Made by a program: the position numbers and the translations under genes | Shown here: positions 11,119 through 23,924 of the stretch, one piece after another | Layout of the letters: every line of letters starts with the position of its first letter | Position numbering within the stretch: position 1 is the first letter of the stretch | The notes under the pieces: generated by a model | The model's database searches: none | What the model was told of the DNA's origin: nothing | The model's input: the letters and a program-made list of their open reading frames with translations, nothing else | Source of the DNA: Mobula hypostoma | Taxonomy: Eukaryota | Direction: 5' to 3' | Assembly: GCF_963921235.1 (NCBI RefSeq) | Contig: NC_086102.1 | Location: 137,206,001-137,270,000, forward strand | Length of the DNA stretch: 64,000 bases

Positions 11119-12590
11119 GTGGCTCCGTATCTTTAGAGGAAGCCACAACACTAGTTTATGAAGCTTACTAACAGGACATACTGCTTTTGCAGAAAACTGC
11201 TAAAGTAAAAATACCTCAGAGCATAGCAATAGAAATCTTAACCAGGTCACTGCATTCTCTCACCACCAATAATAGTCATCCTCATGAAAGCTTCGGAACT
11301 TATCGATCCATTATTAATACCACAGTATTCAAATAAATGTTGTGATTTCAGGAAATGGAGGTAAAATATCTCACCATGGATATTGACATAACACTCTGTT
11401 TCCCAGGTGCATTATATGCCGGCCTGTCTGGGGGTTTCCTGACTCTCTGAGACCTCCTCATCTCATCTTCAGTTCCTTCGGCCTTAGGCACTCCTTGTGA
11501 CTGCTCATGTTGGCTTGGGAATGCCTTCCCCTGTACATCACTCTTACCTCCCGGTGACTCAGGTCCTCCTCCCCCCTGAATGAACTCAACTTCCTTCAGT
11601 TTAAGCAGGTGTTGCCGATCAACAATGTCCTCTGTCACTCTAGCTACCCCTCCAGAGCATAACATAACAGATTCAGAGTGGCCGTACCACACAGGCCCTC
11701 ATTTATGCTCATCATCCTGCTTAGGAGGAACTTACACCTCCTCAAAAACAGCTCTGAACACGGGTGAATGGACAGGATTTCCAAAAAATTCTCTCCATCT
11801 CTCTCCTTGCATGCGCCCACAAGCCTTCTCACAATGGGAGTATTTGCTCTCACAGGAATGGAAGCTTCACCCTTTTCAAGTGGATCCGGGCAGACCAATA
11901 CTAGTGTATCAATAATTACTCCAACATCTGCTTCCAAAGGCTCCAGTTTCAATGACATGTAAGCATTGTATGGGTAATCATCAGCACTAAGCCTCCAAAT
12001 CTCAAAGCCATTGAATGGTGTCAATGGTAAATGCATCAAATATTGGTTGTAAAAGGATCTGTAGAGTAAAGTAACTTGAAAACCTGTGTCAAGTATGGTT
12101 CTAACATAAATACCTTTTATCGGCATGGATACATCAGACTAAACGTTTGTCCCACTAAACATTTGGGAATAGTGTTTTGCAATTTAGTATTTCCCTTGAT
12201 ACACTGTTTGGAACGTATTCTCTCTGAGATGCCAGCACGTTCCTTTATTGGGTCCCTCCATAGTTTTGCTTCTTTTCTTCTCTGTTTGATTAACCACTGA
12301 CTGACTTTTCGAAGATTTTTCTGTCCCTCCCAGTTTCGCTTGAAATGTCCATGTTCTCCACAGTTGTAACAGAAAATACTGGTCGCCTCTCTAGCCAAAA
12401 GACCTGTTACCAAGCAAACCCAACTGGATGACACAACATTCCTAAGATGGACAAAATGGCTCCTTGTCTTTAGCCAAAGCCAAAACATAGTCTGTGAAGT
12501 TTACTCATAGGACATACTAAATTTTCGGAAAACTGCTGAAGTTAAAATACCTCACAGCATAGCAGCAGAAATCTTAACCAGGGCATTACA
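11119..12590 (-). mobile_element. heavily deleted Ty3/Gypsy LTR retrotransposon with remnants of both LTRs
   Basis: Gag zinc knuckle CYNCGEHGH (ORF 12117..12488); protease ILDTG (ORF 11644..12126); MRRSQRVRKPPDR pol tail. Diverged direct repeats at about 12456-12590 and 11119-11254, each starting TG on the minus strand; the downstream one is preceded by a purine-rich GGTGGTGAGAGAA. Confidence 0.82.
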
Positions 12591-13745
12591 TTTAAAATGT
12601 GTGGTAGGTTCAGAGTTGAGAGAGCAACTAGACTGTTTACTCCTTGTTACAATCTTATAGAGTTCTGAATCAGAAGTATTTTTACATAGTTGCTTTTATT
12701 TTCTTCCATTTTTCTTTCTTCCATGGCTTTCTGTCTCTTTCACCAATCAATTTCCCAGCTCTTTGCTTCATTCCTCCCCCTCCAAGTTTCACTATCGCCT
12801 TGTGTTTCTCTCTTCCTTCCCCCCACCTTTCAAATCTACTCCTCAGCAATTTTTCTCCAGACCTGCCAAAGGGTTTTGTGTGTGTTAACTTGGTTGCTGA
12901 CTTTTTACAAAGTTAGCTATTGAGGATACTGGTATCTGTAGCTATACTCTCCCTAATGGAAGTAACTTTGTTGATAAAAAAAAATATTATGAATTCCTCA
13001 CATTTTGTGGCAGATGCTTGACTGAGGACATTATAGTTTGGGGCAGGGTTCAACTGTCAGTTAATAGTTGAGAACGATATTCTTGAATTGCTGCTATTCT
13101 CTGTAATAATCTTGGGAAAATGGGCTCTTCTTGCAGAGCATATAGCGGCGTTAGAGACTAGTTTTCCTTGGAAATATTATGGTGTACTTGTAGCCTAGTT
13201 TTCCTCTATTTTCTCTCAGCTACTCTGTAGGATCTCTTGAGTTCATGGACAGAATTGTTTAACCGTCATGCTATTTTACTGCTTGATTTCTTTTTAACCA
13301 TAAGTGGGGTTACTGTGTTTAATATATATTTCAGTTATTGTTGAAAGAATCAACCAGTTCATTTACTGAGCAGTTTAGCTCACATGGGTCAGATAAACTA
13401 GCCAGCTCAGAGAATGTAATTTGTATTACAGCATCAAGACACCATTTTTAACTGTAATTGCTTTTGTGGTCTTGGTTACAGGCAAGAGGGCGTTAAAAAG
13501 TATACAAAAAATGATCAGAGATAGTGGTATCAGGCATGGAGAGTCATTAATAATATTTAACCCTCTTGTCATTACTAAGTCAAGTGCATTTCCAAGTTGA
13601 TAGGAGGGCTCTGTGATATGTGGGTATGATCTAGACTGTCTAGTTAGATCATGACTTTAGCTGCCATAGAGTTTGAATTTGGGTCGTCATTAATATGAAT
13701 ATTGAAATTACCAGCAATGACAATCCTAACATTGTTGAATATATG
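12591..13745 (-). mobile_element. L2 LINE endonuclease/linker fragment, interrupted by a Penelope piece at about 12700-12885
   Basis: Minus strand IVIAGNFNIH, GNALDLVMTRGL, LKRSYRVAERK*RKTRLQVH. Confidence 0.75.
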
Positions 13746-13876
13746 CAACACACATCAAAGTTGCTGGTGAACGCAGCAGGCCAGGCAGCATCCCTAGGAA
13801 GAGGTACAGTCGACGTTTCAGGCCGAGACCCTTCGTCAGGACTAACTGAAGGAAGAGTTAGTAAGAGATTTGAAAT
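13746..13876 (-). mobile_element. 131-bp Penelope terminal-repeat insertion with a 15-bp TSD
   Basis: ATTGTTGAATATATG at 13731-13745 and 13877-13891. Insert nearly identical to about 8486-8615. Confidence 0.93.
13807..13845 (-). ncRNA. minimal hammerhead ribozyme (Penelope)
   Basis: Minus strand TTAGTC-CTGACGA-A-GGGTCTCGGCCT-GAAA-CG-TC^GACTG; G-U wobble closes stem II. Confidence 0.7.
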
Positions 13877-14015
13877 ATTGTTGAATATATGTTACCATCC
13901 AAATGGCATTAGACATGGGTAAATTAGAGCAATGCAAAAATCCCTTCCATGTCAATGTTGCAAATATGTGAAAGCATGTGGATGTATAAAATGGAATTAA
14001 TTAGTGAGGCAATAA

Positions 14016-14548
14016 ACATTCAGTAGTCACTTTATTAGGTACAAGAGTGGAAACTGGTCTTGCCTTCTGCTACTGTAGATCATCCACGTGTTGTAAAGCT
14101 CTTTTGCATAGCACTGTTATTACATGTGGTTCTTTGAGTTACTGTCGCCTTCCTGTACAGCTTAAACCAGTCTGGCCATTCTCCTCTGACCTCTCTCATT
14201 AACAAGGTGTTTTCTCCCCACAGACTGCCACTGAATGGATATTTTGTTTTTGTTTTTCTCTCTATTCACTGTAACTCTAGAGACTGTTGTGCATGAAAAT
14301 CCCAGGTTATCAGCAGTTTCTGAGATACTCAAATCCCCTGTTTGGCACCAACAATCATGCCAATGGCAAAGTCACCTTGGTCACGATTATTCCCCATTGT
14401 GATGTTTGTTTGGTCTGAGCAACTACAGAACCTCCTGACCATGCCTATATTCTTTTATGCATTGAGATGCTGCCACATGATTGGCTGATTAGGTATTTGA
14501 TTAAAGAGCAGTTACACCAGTGCACCTAATAAAGAGGCCACTGAGTAT
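14016..14548. mobile_element. non-autonomous Tc1/mariner-type DNA transposon
   Basis: Imperfect TIRs: CAGTAGTCACTTTATTAGGTACA (14021-14043) and TGCACCTAATAAAGAGGCCACTG (14521-14543). Interior resembles fish Tc1-derived elements as I recall them. Confidence 0.75.
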
Positions 14549-15194
14549 TTATTAAGTAATTCCAGAAAGTAATGAGTTGTAGAACCATTTCATGAGCTGT
14601 GACATCATCAATGCAAATATGTGCAAGTCGTCAGTCTGATTATGTTCTTGCTTTTGCAAGTCCATTTGGAGACTCTGTTCTGAGGGAGGATCGCTGAGTC
14701 GGAACATTAACAGGATGTGATCTTTCCTCAGATGCTGCTTGACTGGGTGAGTTCTTTCAAAATTTCTATTTGTGCAAGAATTTCCACTGGAATGATTTCC
14801 AGCCTTTGCTCTGCAAACATATCCACAATATCAATATTCTCACTGGCAAGCTGTCCGAATTTTTTGGTTGGATGAAGCATCAGGTAGGCTTGTCACTGTG
14901 GGACAGAACATGTTCTAGTGTCTGTTCTCTTTTTGGTGGTCCACCTGTGAACAATTAAAAGATAGGAATCTGTCTTCCAGTTTATTGCACAATGAATTTA
15001 GCTGTGTGCGGAACCAGTAATTATCTAGCAATCTGTAGCTGTAAGGGTTGTAGATTCACTTACCCTTAAAAAGGCTACAAAGTTAAAAATGCACACCTAA
15101 TCTAAAGCCATAATCTCTCAGATAAAACAGCTGATGGAGTGTCAATGTTTGATGTCAACTACACCTGCAGCCAGTATTGTCAACAAAGCCAGAT

Positions 15195-15550
15195 CAGAGG
15201 TATGGAAAATCATGAGAGGAATAGATAACGTAAATGCAAGCAGGCTTTTTCTGCTGAGGTTGAGTGAGACTAGAACAACAGGTCATGGGTTAAAGGTGAA
15301 ATGTTTAAGGGGAACATGAGGAGGAACCTCTTTACTCAGAGGGTAGTAAGAGTGTGGAATGAGCTGCCAGAGGAATGAATGGATCCAGGTTTGATTTCAA
15401 TGTTTAGGAGAAATTTGGACAGATACATGGATGGGAGAGGTATGGAGAGCTAAGATCTGGGTGCAGGTCAATGGGACTAGGCCAGAATAGTATCTTGCCA
15501 TTGACTACATGGTCCAAAGTGCCTATTTCTGTGCCGTGGTCTTCTATGAC
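15195..15550 (+). mobile_element. CR1 3' end
   Basis: EVWKIMRGIDNVNASRLF, TTGHGLKVK, TQRVVRVWN. Confidence 0.85.
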
Positions 15551-15789
15551 TATTTCTATCGCATTTACAATATAGAGCATGGAAAAGGAGGATGAATGGG
15601 AGAGTGGAGGCTGGAAAGGAAGAATATCCACACAGATAGCCAGGAAGCTTAAAAGGCAAGTGATCTTAGTGGCTATTGACAATATAGAGGGACTGTATGT
15701 GATGAGGGGAGTATCTCCAATGCAGTGGGCTGGCATATGGTGGAAAAGTGAAATGATTGGAAGCAGTTGGAAAAGAGGAAAATGAGAAA

Positions 15790-16060
15790 AAGTGACATGA
15801 GGTCTAATTACAGTAGGTTGATTGCAGTGACATCTTTGAGGGACTAGAAGTGAGGATGATGAATTTCAGTGAGGTTTGTGAGGGATCAGTGCTGGTAGTA
15901 ATTACAGTGATGTCCTGATGAACTAGAGTTTCAAATGATGGTTATAATGAGTTTATTGAAGAACTAGAGGAGAGGAAGACTACAGTAAGCTCTATTAGGA
16001 ATGAAATGACAGGATGATTACAGTGAGTTTATTTAGGGATCAGAGCTGAGACTGATGATC
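15790..16060. repeat. degenerate minisatellite, unit roughly 35-40 bp
   Basis: Recurring ATTACAGTGA-like motif followed by GAGGGACTAGA/GATCAG-like motif, several times. Confidence 0.5.
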
Positions 16061-17039
16061 ACCAATCACAACCATTGATCACAGGTGAAGATTGATATTG
16101 GAGTTAGGGTGGAGCGGAGATCTTCTAGAATCAGTGGCATAAGTGATAAATGGAATGGAGATATGAAGAGAAGTGAATATCCTGAGGAGATCAGAGAAAC
16201 AGGAGCATCTTCATTGATAATGGCCACATTGCTTGTAAATGGCTAAGGAGATATGAAAACAGCTTCCCACCACCCCTTTCACAGCAGCATCAGTGGTTCA
16301 AATTTTGGCATTAGCACTGTGCAGTGCTCAAGTCCCAACGTACAAGAGCTACATCAATGGATGTTTGAGCAGAGTTAAAAATTGATAACTGGTTTTCTAA
16401 GGTTACATTTCTGGGGAACTGTAAACACGAAGTCCTGTGCAAGTGCAGCATAACAATGAAGTGGAAGTTTATGATTTAGAAGTTGGAGGAAGTACTACCA
16501 ATAACAAATGAATTTGTGCAGAAGATTGTGAAGATCACAATTTTAATTCCCTAGAATCCAAAGGTATTTGAATGAACAAAAGGAAATTTCCTATTAAATT
16601 TGTAATGTGTTGAAGTCCTTCTGTGGGCTTTTACCTCCTACCTTTGTACCCTCCTCTATAGCTCCTAGATCTCTGTATTCCTCCACTTCCTGCTACATGC
16701 ACAGCCCCAGTTTCATTTACCCTTCCAATAGAGACAAAGTGGATCATAATCCATTAGTTTGGTGACGTTTACTGCTAAACTTGCACACTTGGAAAGAGAC
16801 AATGCCACAAGAGATGACACCAAAGCCTGTATTCTGGCAAAAGCAAATAGATTTCTGGTAAATGGTTTGGGGTCTGATCTGCATAACTATGGCTCTGATG
16901 TGGACAATCAAGCCCTTCTATCTTCCCCCACACGCTCAACTTATTGGCCTCCTCTCCCCAAACCCCCTTTCACTGTTTACTCTTTCTTCCCTTCTGTTCC
17001 ACTCTAGGTTTTCTCTCGTTCACCTTTTCGCCTGTTCTT

Positions 17040-17670
17040 TCGCAGAAGTTTGTGCAGATTTGGCATGTCATCTAAAGCTCTGACAATCGTCAATAGATGC
17101 ACAATTGAGAATACCCTGAATGGTTGCATCAAGGCCGAAGAACGGAAAGGTCAACAAAAAGTGGTGGATGCAGCCCAGTCCATCACAGGAAAATCCCTCC
17201 TCACTATTGAGCACATACTCAAGAAAACAACATCTATCATTTAGGACGCACCATCCAGGCCTTGCTCTCCTCTCACCGATGCCATTGGGAATGATGTACA
17301 GGAGCTTTAGGTCCCATACCACTAGGTTCAGGAACAGTTATTACCCTTCAGCCAATAGGTTCCTGAAACAGCATGGATAACTTCACTCACCTCAACTCTC
17401 AACTAATTCCACAACCAATGGACTCACATTCTGGAATTCTACAACTCGTGTTCAGAGCATTATTTGTTTACTATTTATTTATTATTATCATGTTTTTTGG
17501 TATTTGCACAGATTGTTTTCTTTTGTGCATTGCTTGTTCGTCAATCTTGTGTGTAGCTTTTCATTGTATTTCTTTGTTCTACTGTGAATGCCTGCAAGAA
17601 ATTGAATCTCAGGATAGTTAGTGTATGGTGACATATGCATACTTTGTTAATACATTTCCTTTCAACCTTT
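17040..17670 (+). mobile_element. Rex1/Babar-type LINE 3' end
   Basis: RFGMSSKALTIVNRCTIENTLNGCI, HTTRFRNSYYPSA. Confidence 0.8.
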
Positions 17671-18444
17671 AAGCTTTGAGCAGCTCTCTGCAGTTTTTTG
17701 CAGTCCCAGAGCAGTTGCCATACCAGGCCATGATGCATCTGGATCAGATGCTTTCTATGGTGTACGCCAAGCACGTGCCAACAGTAAAGTTTCCCCTCAC
17801 TTCTCCTTGTAATCAATCTCAGTTTTAATGTCATTTCTGCAATAGAATTATACTAGTAGCTTTGTATCCTCACCTACATCACCACTCCACTGCCCTAACC
17901 AGCTATCCTTGTGACTCCCTACACAGCTAGTTTTACTGCATGTGCTCCAATCAAAGCCACGGCTTCTCCTATCAGGAGCAACTGGCAAGTCGAAGGCTGG
18001 ATCTGTTGGTCAGTACGCATCGATGTACCACAATGTCTGCTCTCCTTATTCTGACTGATGTTTATCCTGGCTGCTTTCACATTGTCCTCTCTGCAAGACG
18101 GGTTCAGAGACAATTCACATCAGTAAGTGCCTCATTTACTGTGTGAGCGTGGGTTCACAGACAGTTTCACATCAGTAAGAGTAGCATTCCGACATTCTCT
18201 AAAGTGTGGCAGGCTGCTCTGGAAAAATGAGATGTAGCATCTGTTATTTATTGGAGGGGAAAGAATTTGGGTGACTTGGAATGTGTGGGAGGATAATTAT
18301 CTTTCCATTTCCACTCTGGGCTCTGAGTGGAATTGATTGGTGTTAGATTGGAAGTAATGCTTTAAAACAAAACTGCGTCCTATTTTGGCATTTTCACCCT
18401 CAGCTTAACTGCATTTTGATCCACTTTAAATACTGTACAAGATG

Positions 18445-18725
18445 GCAGGGTTGTATAGCATTTAGCACAACACTATACTGCAGCAGCTTGTATAAAACTG
18501 GGGTTCGATTCCTGTCACTGTTTGTAAAGAGTTTGTATGTTCTCTCCTTGACCACATGGGTTTCCTCCAGGTGCTCTGGTTTCCTCCCACATTCCAAAGA
18601 TGTCTGGTTAGGGTTGGTGAGTTGTGGACATGCTACCACAATCCTTGTTGATTCGATTTGATGCAAATTACCCATTTCGCTGTATGTTTTGTTGTCGAAG
18701 TGACAGATCAAACTGATCTTCTTTT
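18445..18725 (+). mobile_element. V-domain (HE1-like) tRNA SINE; similar copies at about 8215-8360, 35690-35835, 36235-36350, 45315-45610
   Basis: B-box GGTTCGATTCC followed by the V-SINE core GGGTTTCCTCCAGGTGCTCTGGTTTCCTCCCAC. Confidence 0.75.
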
Positions 18726-19954
18726 GCAACACCCACTGACCTTCTTTTAATCTTTTACTTTTCTTTGTTTCCAACAATGTGGCAGTGTTCACAGACTGAC
18801 AAGATTTATCCCATTTGATTTGCCATTACTAATTTTTCAATCCTTCTCAAGCCCAAGGGGATTGAGCTTGAATGCTCTGCCTCGATTTACTTTTTTGTGT
18901 CGTACTTTCTCTTTGAAAGGAAGAGACTCCTGACAGAGAACTCTACTGGCAGAGTTTGTGTGGTCTTTTCAGATGTTTTGAAGAATTACCCTGTATAGTA
19001 GAATTTACTGTGTTTCACAGCCGGGCAGGTTATAGTTAAATGAAAACTTTGTATAATATATCAAACCTTATCTCTCACATCCCTCACCTAATGACTCTAA
19101 AGGAGGACATTCAATTCACTGAGGATTTGCTGACTCATACAGCAATCCCACTTATTTCATTAACCCACTGATCTCCCTGAAACTTTTCTCTCACACACAA
19201 CCAACTCCCCATTCAACTACATTCAGATAGAGTTCCGCTCTTTGGGTGAAAAACATTTCCCTCTATGACTCCACTATCCTGCCTTTCACCTGAAATCTTC
19301 AGTCATGAGCTATTGAGTTCTCTGCTGAAGGAAATAATTCCTTCCCCCTCATACGATCCAAGATTCTTAGGATTTTATACAGTGCATCCTCAGTTTTGAG
19401 CTATTGGTGATATATAGTCATGATAGTGCAGCTGTTTGCTTTCATAAATAGCCAGAGAAAGTGTACAGAATAACAGTCAGAGCACATTCCACTTAAATAA
19501 CTCAACATCCTTCCCTCATCAAATAATAAACCACATGCCTTGCCCCTTTCCCAAGCTGACCTACTTGTTTTTGGCATGCCTTTCTTTCCAGAAACTTTCC
19601 AGCAGTAAGAAACTATTCTTGCATTTCAGGCTTAGCCTAGAGGCCTACACGCCTGGCTGCCCAGATGCCATTTTGTCCATTAGAGAAATCCCGCCCTTTG
19701 GCCCCTCAAGTCGGGGATGACCATAACACACTGATCTAATCTCATCCAATTTTGTATTTCCCCCACAATCTCATCAACAACGTTATGGTATGCACCTGTG
19801 ATGCTGCTGCAAGTGAGTTTTTAGTGCACCCCTGCCTACCTACTCTTGTGCATGTGATAAAAAATAAACTCAAATTTGACTGTGACTTTGACTTTGAGTC
19901 TCCCACTCACTTACACTGGCTAAGTGAGCCACCAATATACACGCCTTTTATGGA

Positions 19955-20305
19955 TGGTGCCGATGACACTACACTGGTTGGTCTAATTTCAAATAATAAT
20001 GAGGCAGCCTGCAGAGAAGAGGTCATCACCTTGACATAATGGTGTCAAGAAAACAGCCTGTCCCTCAATGTCACAAAAACGAAGGAGCGGGTTGTGGACT
20101 ACAGGAGGAATGAAGACAGGCTAACCCCAATTGACATCAGTGGATCTGGGGATGAGAAGGTGAACAGCTTTAAATTCTTTGGCATAAACATCACTGAGGA
20201 TCTCACATTGTCTGTACATACCAGCTGTGTTTTGAAAAAGGGTCTTTTTCACCTCAGGCAGTTGAAGCAATTTGGTATGGGCCCTCAAATCCTAAGAACT
20301 TTACT
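19955..20305 (+). mobile_element. Rex1/Babar RT fragment
   Basis: ADDTTLVGLISNNNEAACREEV, KVNSFKFFGINITEDLT. Confidence 0.85.
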
Positions 20306-20354
20306 GCTCATGTATATGAAGGATAAAGTATTAATGTCAATTCAAGTTATATGG

Positions 20355-23285
20355 AATCAAGGGGCTTTCAGGTATGCAAACCAATGATTGGGTACAAATG
20401 CAGACAGAGCAAAGAGTTAAATTGTAACACAGAGGCAAAATTCAAAAGGGTGAAGAATACAGGACTGAAGGTGTTGTATTTAAATGCATGTAGCATTCAG
20501 AATAAGGTGGATGAACTCATGGTGCAATTAGATTGGTTGGTATGGATTTGCGGACACCGTTGAGTCGTGGCTGAAAGAAGGCCGTAGCTGGGAGCTTATA
20601 TATACTTTGTATCAAAAGGACAGACAGGAAGGCATAGGCGGTGGTGTGACTTTGTTGGTAAGAGATGGAACTACATCTTTAGAAAAAGATGACACAGGGT
20701 CAGAGAATGTTGAATCTTTGTGGATGGAGTTATGAAATTGCAAAGGTAAAATATCTATTATGGGAATCATACATAGGCCTCCAAATAGTAGCCAAGATGT
20801 GGGGTTAAGATTGCAAAGGGAACTGGAAAAAGCATGTAATAAGGTTATTGACACAATTGTTATGGGGAACTTCAGTATGCAAGGGAATTGGGAAAATCAG
20901 TCTGGTGTCAGATCATAATAGAGGAAATTTTTTTGTATGCCTATGAGATAGCTTTTTAGAGCAGCTTGTGTTTGAGCCTACTTGGGAAAAGGCTATCTTA
21001 GATTGGATGTTGTGTAATAACCAAGATCTTATCAGGGAGCTTAATGTAAAGGAACCCTTAGAAGGTGGTTATCATAATATGATTGAATTCATACTGCAAT
21101 CTGAGAGGAAGAAGCATAAGTCAGAAGTATTAGTATCACAATTGAATAAAGGGCATTACAGAGGCATGAGAGAGGAGCTTGCCCAAGTGAATTGGAAGAG
21201 GATACTGGCAAGGATGACAGCGGAGCAGCGATTGCTGAAGTTTCTGGGAATAGTTTACAAGGTGCAGGATAGGTATGTCTCACAGAGGAAGAAGTTCTCA
21301 AGCGGTAGGGGAGGCAACTGTTGCTGACAAAGGAAGTTAAGGACTGCATAAAAGCCAAGGAAAGGGCATATAAGGTAGCAAAAGCAAGTAGGAAGTTGGA
21401 TGATTGGGAAGCTTTTAAAATCTAAGACAACTAAAAAAAGCTATACTGTAAAAAGCTGTAAGAAGGGAAAAGATAATATATGAAGACAGACTAGCCAAAA
21501 ATATAAAGCAAGATACCAAAAGTATTTTTGGTTATATAAAGGGAGGTGACAGTTGATATTGGACCACTGGAAATGATGCTTGTAAGGTAGTAATGGGGGA
21601 TAAAAAAATGGCAGATGAATTTAAAGGGCACCTTGCATCTGTCTTCACTGTGGAAGATATTAGCAGTGTGCCAGAGGTCCGTGAGTGTCAGGGAGCAGGA
21701 GCGAGTGTCATTGCTATCACAAAGGAAAAAGTGCTAGGCAACCTCAAAGATCTAAAGGTGGATAAGTCACCTTGGCCAGATGGACTGCATCCCAGAGTCC
21801 TGAAAGAGGTTGCTGAAGAGATGACGGATGCATTGGTCATGATTGTTCATGAATCACTTGATTCTGGCTTGGTCCCGGAGGACTGGAAAATTGCAAATGT
21901 CACTTCACTCTTTAAGAAGGGAGGAAGGGAAAAGAAAGGAAATTATTGGCCCATTAGCCAAACCTCAGTGGTTGGGAAGTGTTGTAGTCTATTATTAAGG
22001 ATGAGATTTTGAGGTGCTTGGAGACTAATGATAAAATAAGTCAAAGTCAGCATGTTTTCTGTAGAGGGAAATCTTGCCTGATAAATCTGTTAGAGTTCTT
22101 CGAGGAAGTAATAAGCAGGTGGACAAAGGAGAGGTTTAGATGTCATTTACTTGGATGTTTCAGAAGGCATTTGATAAAGTGCCAACCAGCTGCTGCTTAA
22201 CAAAATAAAATTCTAAGGTGTTACAGGAGAGATACTGGCATGGATAGAGGAACGGCTGACAGGAAGGGGGCAGTGAGTGGGAATAAAAGGAGCCTTTTCT
22301 AGTTGGCTGTCAGTGACTAATGGTGTTCCTCAGGGATCAGTATTGGGACAGCTGCTTTTCACATTGTTTGTCAGTGATTTAGATAATGGAATCGATGGCT
22401 TTGTGGCAAAGTTTGTGGATGATACGAAGATAGGTGGAGGGGTGGGTAGTGCTGAGGAAATGCGATTGCAACAAAACTTAGACAATCAAAATGTTGGCAG
22501 ATGGAATATAGGGTTGGGAAATGTATCATAATGCATTTTGGCAAAAGGAACAATAGTGCATACTATTACCTAAATGGAGAGACGGTTCAAACATCAGAGG
22601 TGCAGAGGGACTTAGAAATCCTTGTGCAAGACTCCCAGAAGGTTAAAGAAGGCAAATGCAATGTTGGCATTTATTTCAAGGGAGATAGAATATAAAAGTG
22701 AGGAGATAATGCTAGGCCTTATACGACAGTAGTCAGGCCATATTTGGAGTATTGTCGACAGTTTTGGGCCCCATATCTCAGAAAGGATGTGTTGTCATTG
22801 GAGAGAGTCCAGAAGAGGTTCACGAGGATGTTTCTGGGAATGAAGCGGTTAACATATGAGCTGCGTTTTGCAGCTTTGGGCCTGTACTCACTGGAATTTA
22901 GGAGAATGTGTGGGGATCTCATTGAAACCTAGCGAATGTTGAAAGGACTAGATAGAGTGGATATGGAGAGGATGTTTCCTATGGTGGTGGGAATCCAGAA
23001 CTGAAGGGCACAGCCTCAAAATTGAGGGTTGACCCTTTAGAATAGCGGTAAGGAGGAATTATTTTTGCCAGAGAGTAGTAAATCTGTGGAATGCTCTGCC
23101 ACAGACTGTGGTGGAGGCCAAGTCCATGCGTATATTTAAGGCGGAAGTTGAGCGTTTCCTGAGCGTTCATGGCATCAAAGGATATAGTGAGAAGGATTGA
23201 GTGGGATCTGGGATCAGCCAGGATGGAATGGCAGACCAGACTCAATGGTCTAAATGGCCTAATTCTGCTCCTATATCTTATGGTT
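20355..23285 (+). mobile_element. CR1 LINE, most of ORF2 (endonuclease + RT) and 3' end, many frameshifts and stops
   Basis: LKVLYLNACSIQNK, KSPWPDGLHPRVLKE, GKSCLINLLEFFE, GVPQGSVLG, KFVDDTK, ERVQKRFTRM. Confidence 0.95.
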
Positions 23286-23924
23286 TTGTGTGGACATCCT
23301 CCCTGTCTGTCCTTCCCCCTCCCAGTCTTAAAAATGGGTTTGAAGAGATTGTGTACTGCTTCTCTCAAAATGAATGAGAGCGCTTCAACTGATAGGCTGA
23401 AATCAGTCAACTGCCCCTAAATGACACGTTCCACAAGCTGAACACTCTGCCTTTAAAATTGCCTTCAGTATCTACAGCCCATTGTTCAGTTTGACACGTG
23501 TGAAAACTTGGGGCTGTAATTTTGTTTGCAGTTCTGCTTTGGGCTTAATCCAGAGAAGGGGAACTTTATATCAGCCGCTTAGCATTTGCCAGGAAATTCA
23601 ATTCCTGAGTTTTTTTTCCCCTGTGGATTTTCATTTGTGTTAGCAGCTTTTTATTTTGAGAATACAACTCCCCAAAATCACATAAACAGAAGCACAATCT
23701 TCATAATTCTTCTGTACTATGACTTATTTTTTTCAGTCTCACTGCAGTGGAAAACAACAGATCTTATTTACTGATCCGGTAGGCTTTTGAACCTGTATTG
23801 TCTGGAGGTTCATCTCTCTACCCTCCATTAGTTATCCTTTGTTACCCCTACCCTCCCCAAATACGGGCTCCTTTGTGCATCAAGAATACCTTTCCCATGG
23901 AAGTCATGGGCATAATTACCTTCA

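Noticed and set aside
15790-16060. CRISPR-like repeat-spacer array
   Set aside because: Units are degenerate along their whole length, with no constant repeat and unique spacer structure, in vertebrate DNA; a decayed minisatellite.
18098-18179. Duplicated 28-bp motif ending in CAGTAAG, resembling a duplicated microexon donor
   Set aside because: Simple local duplication; no gene context.
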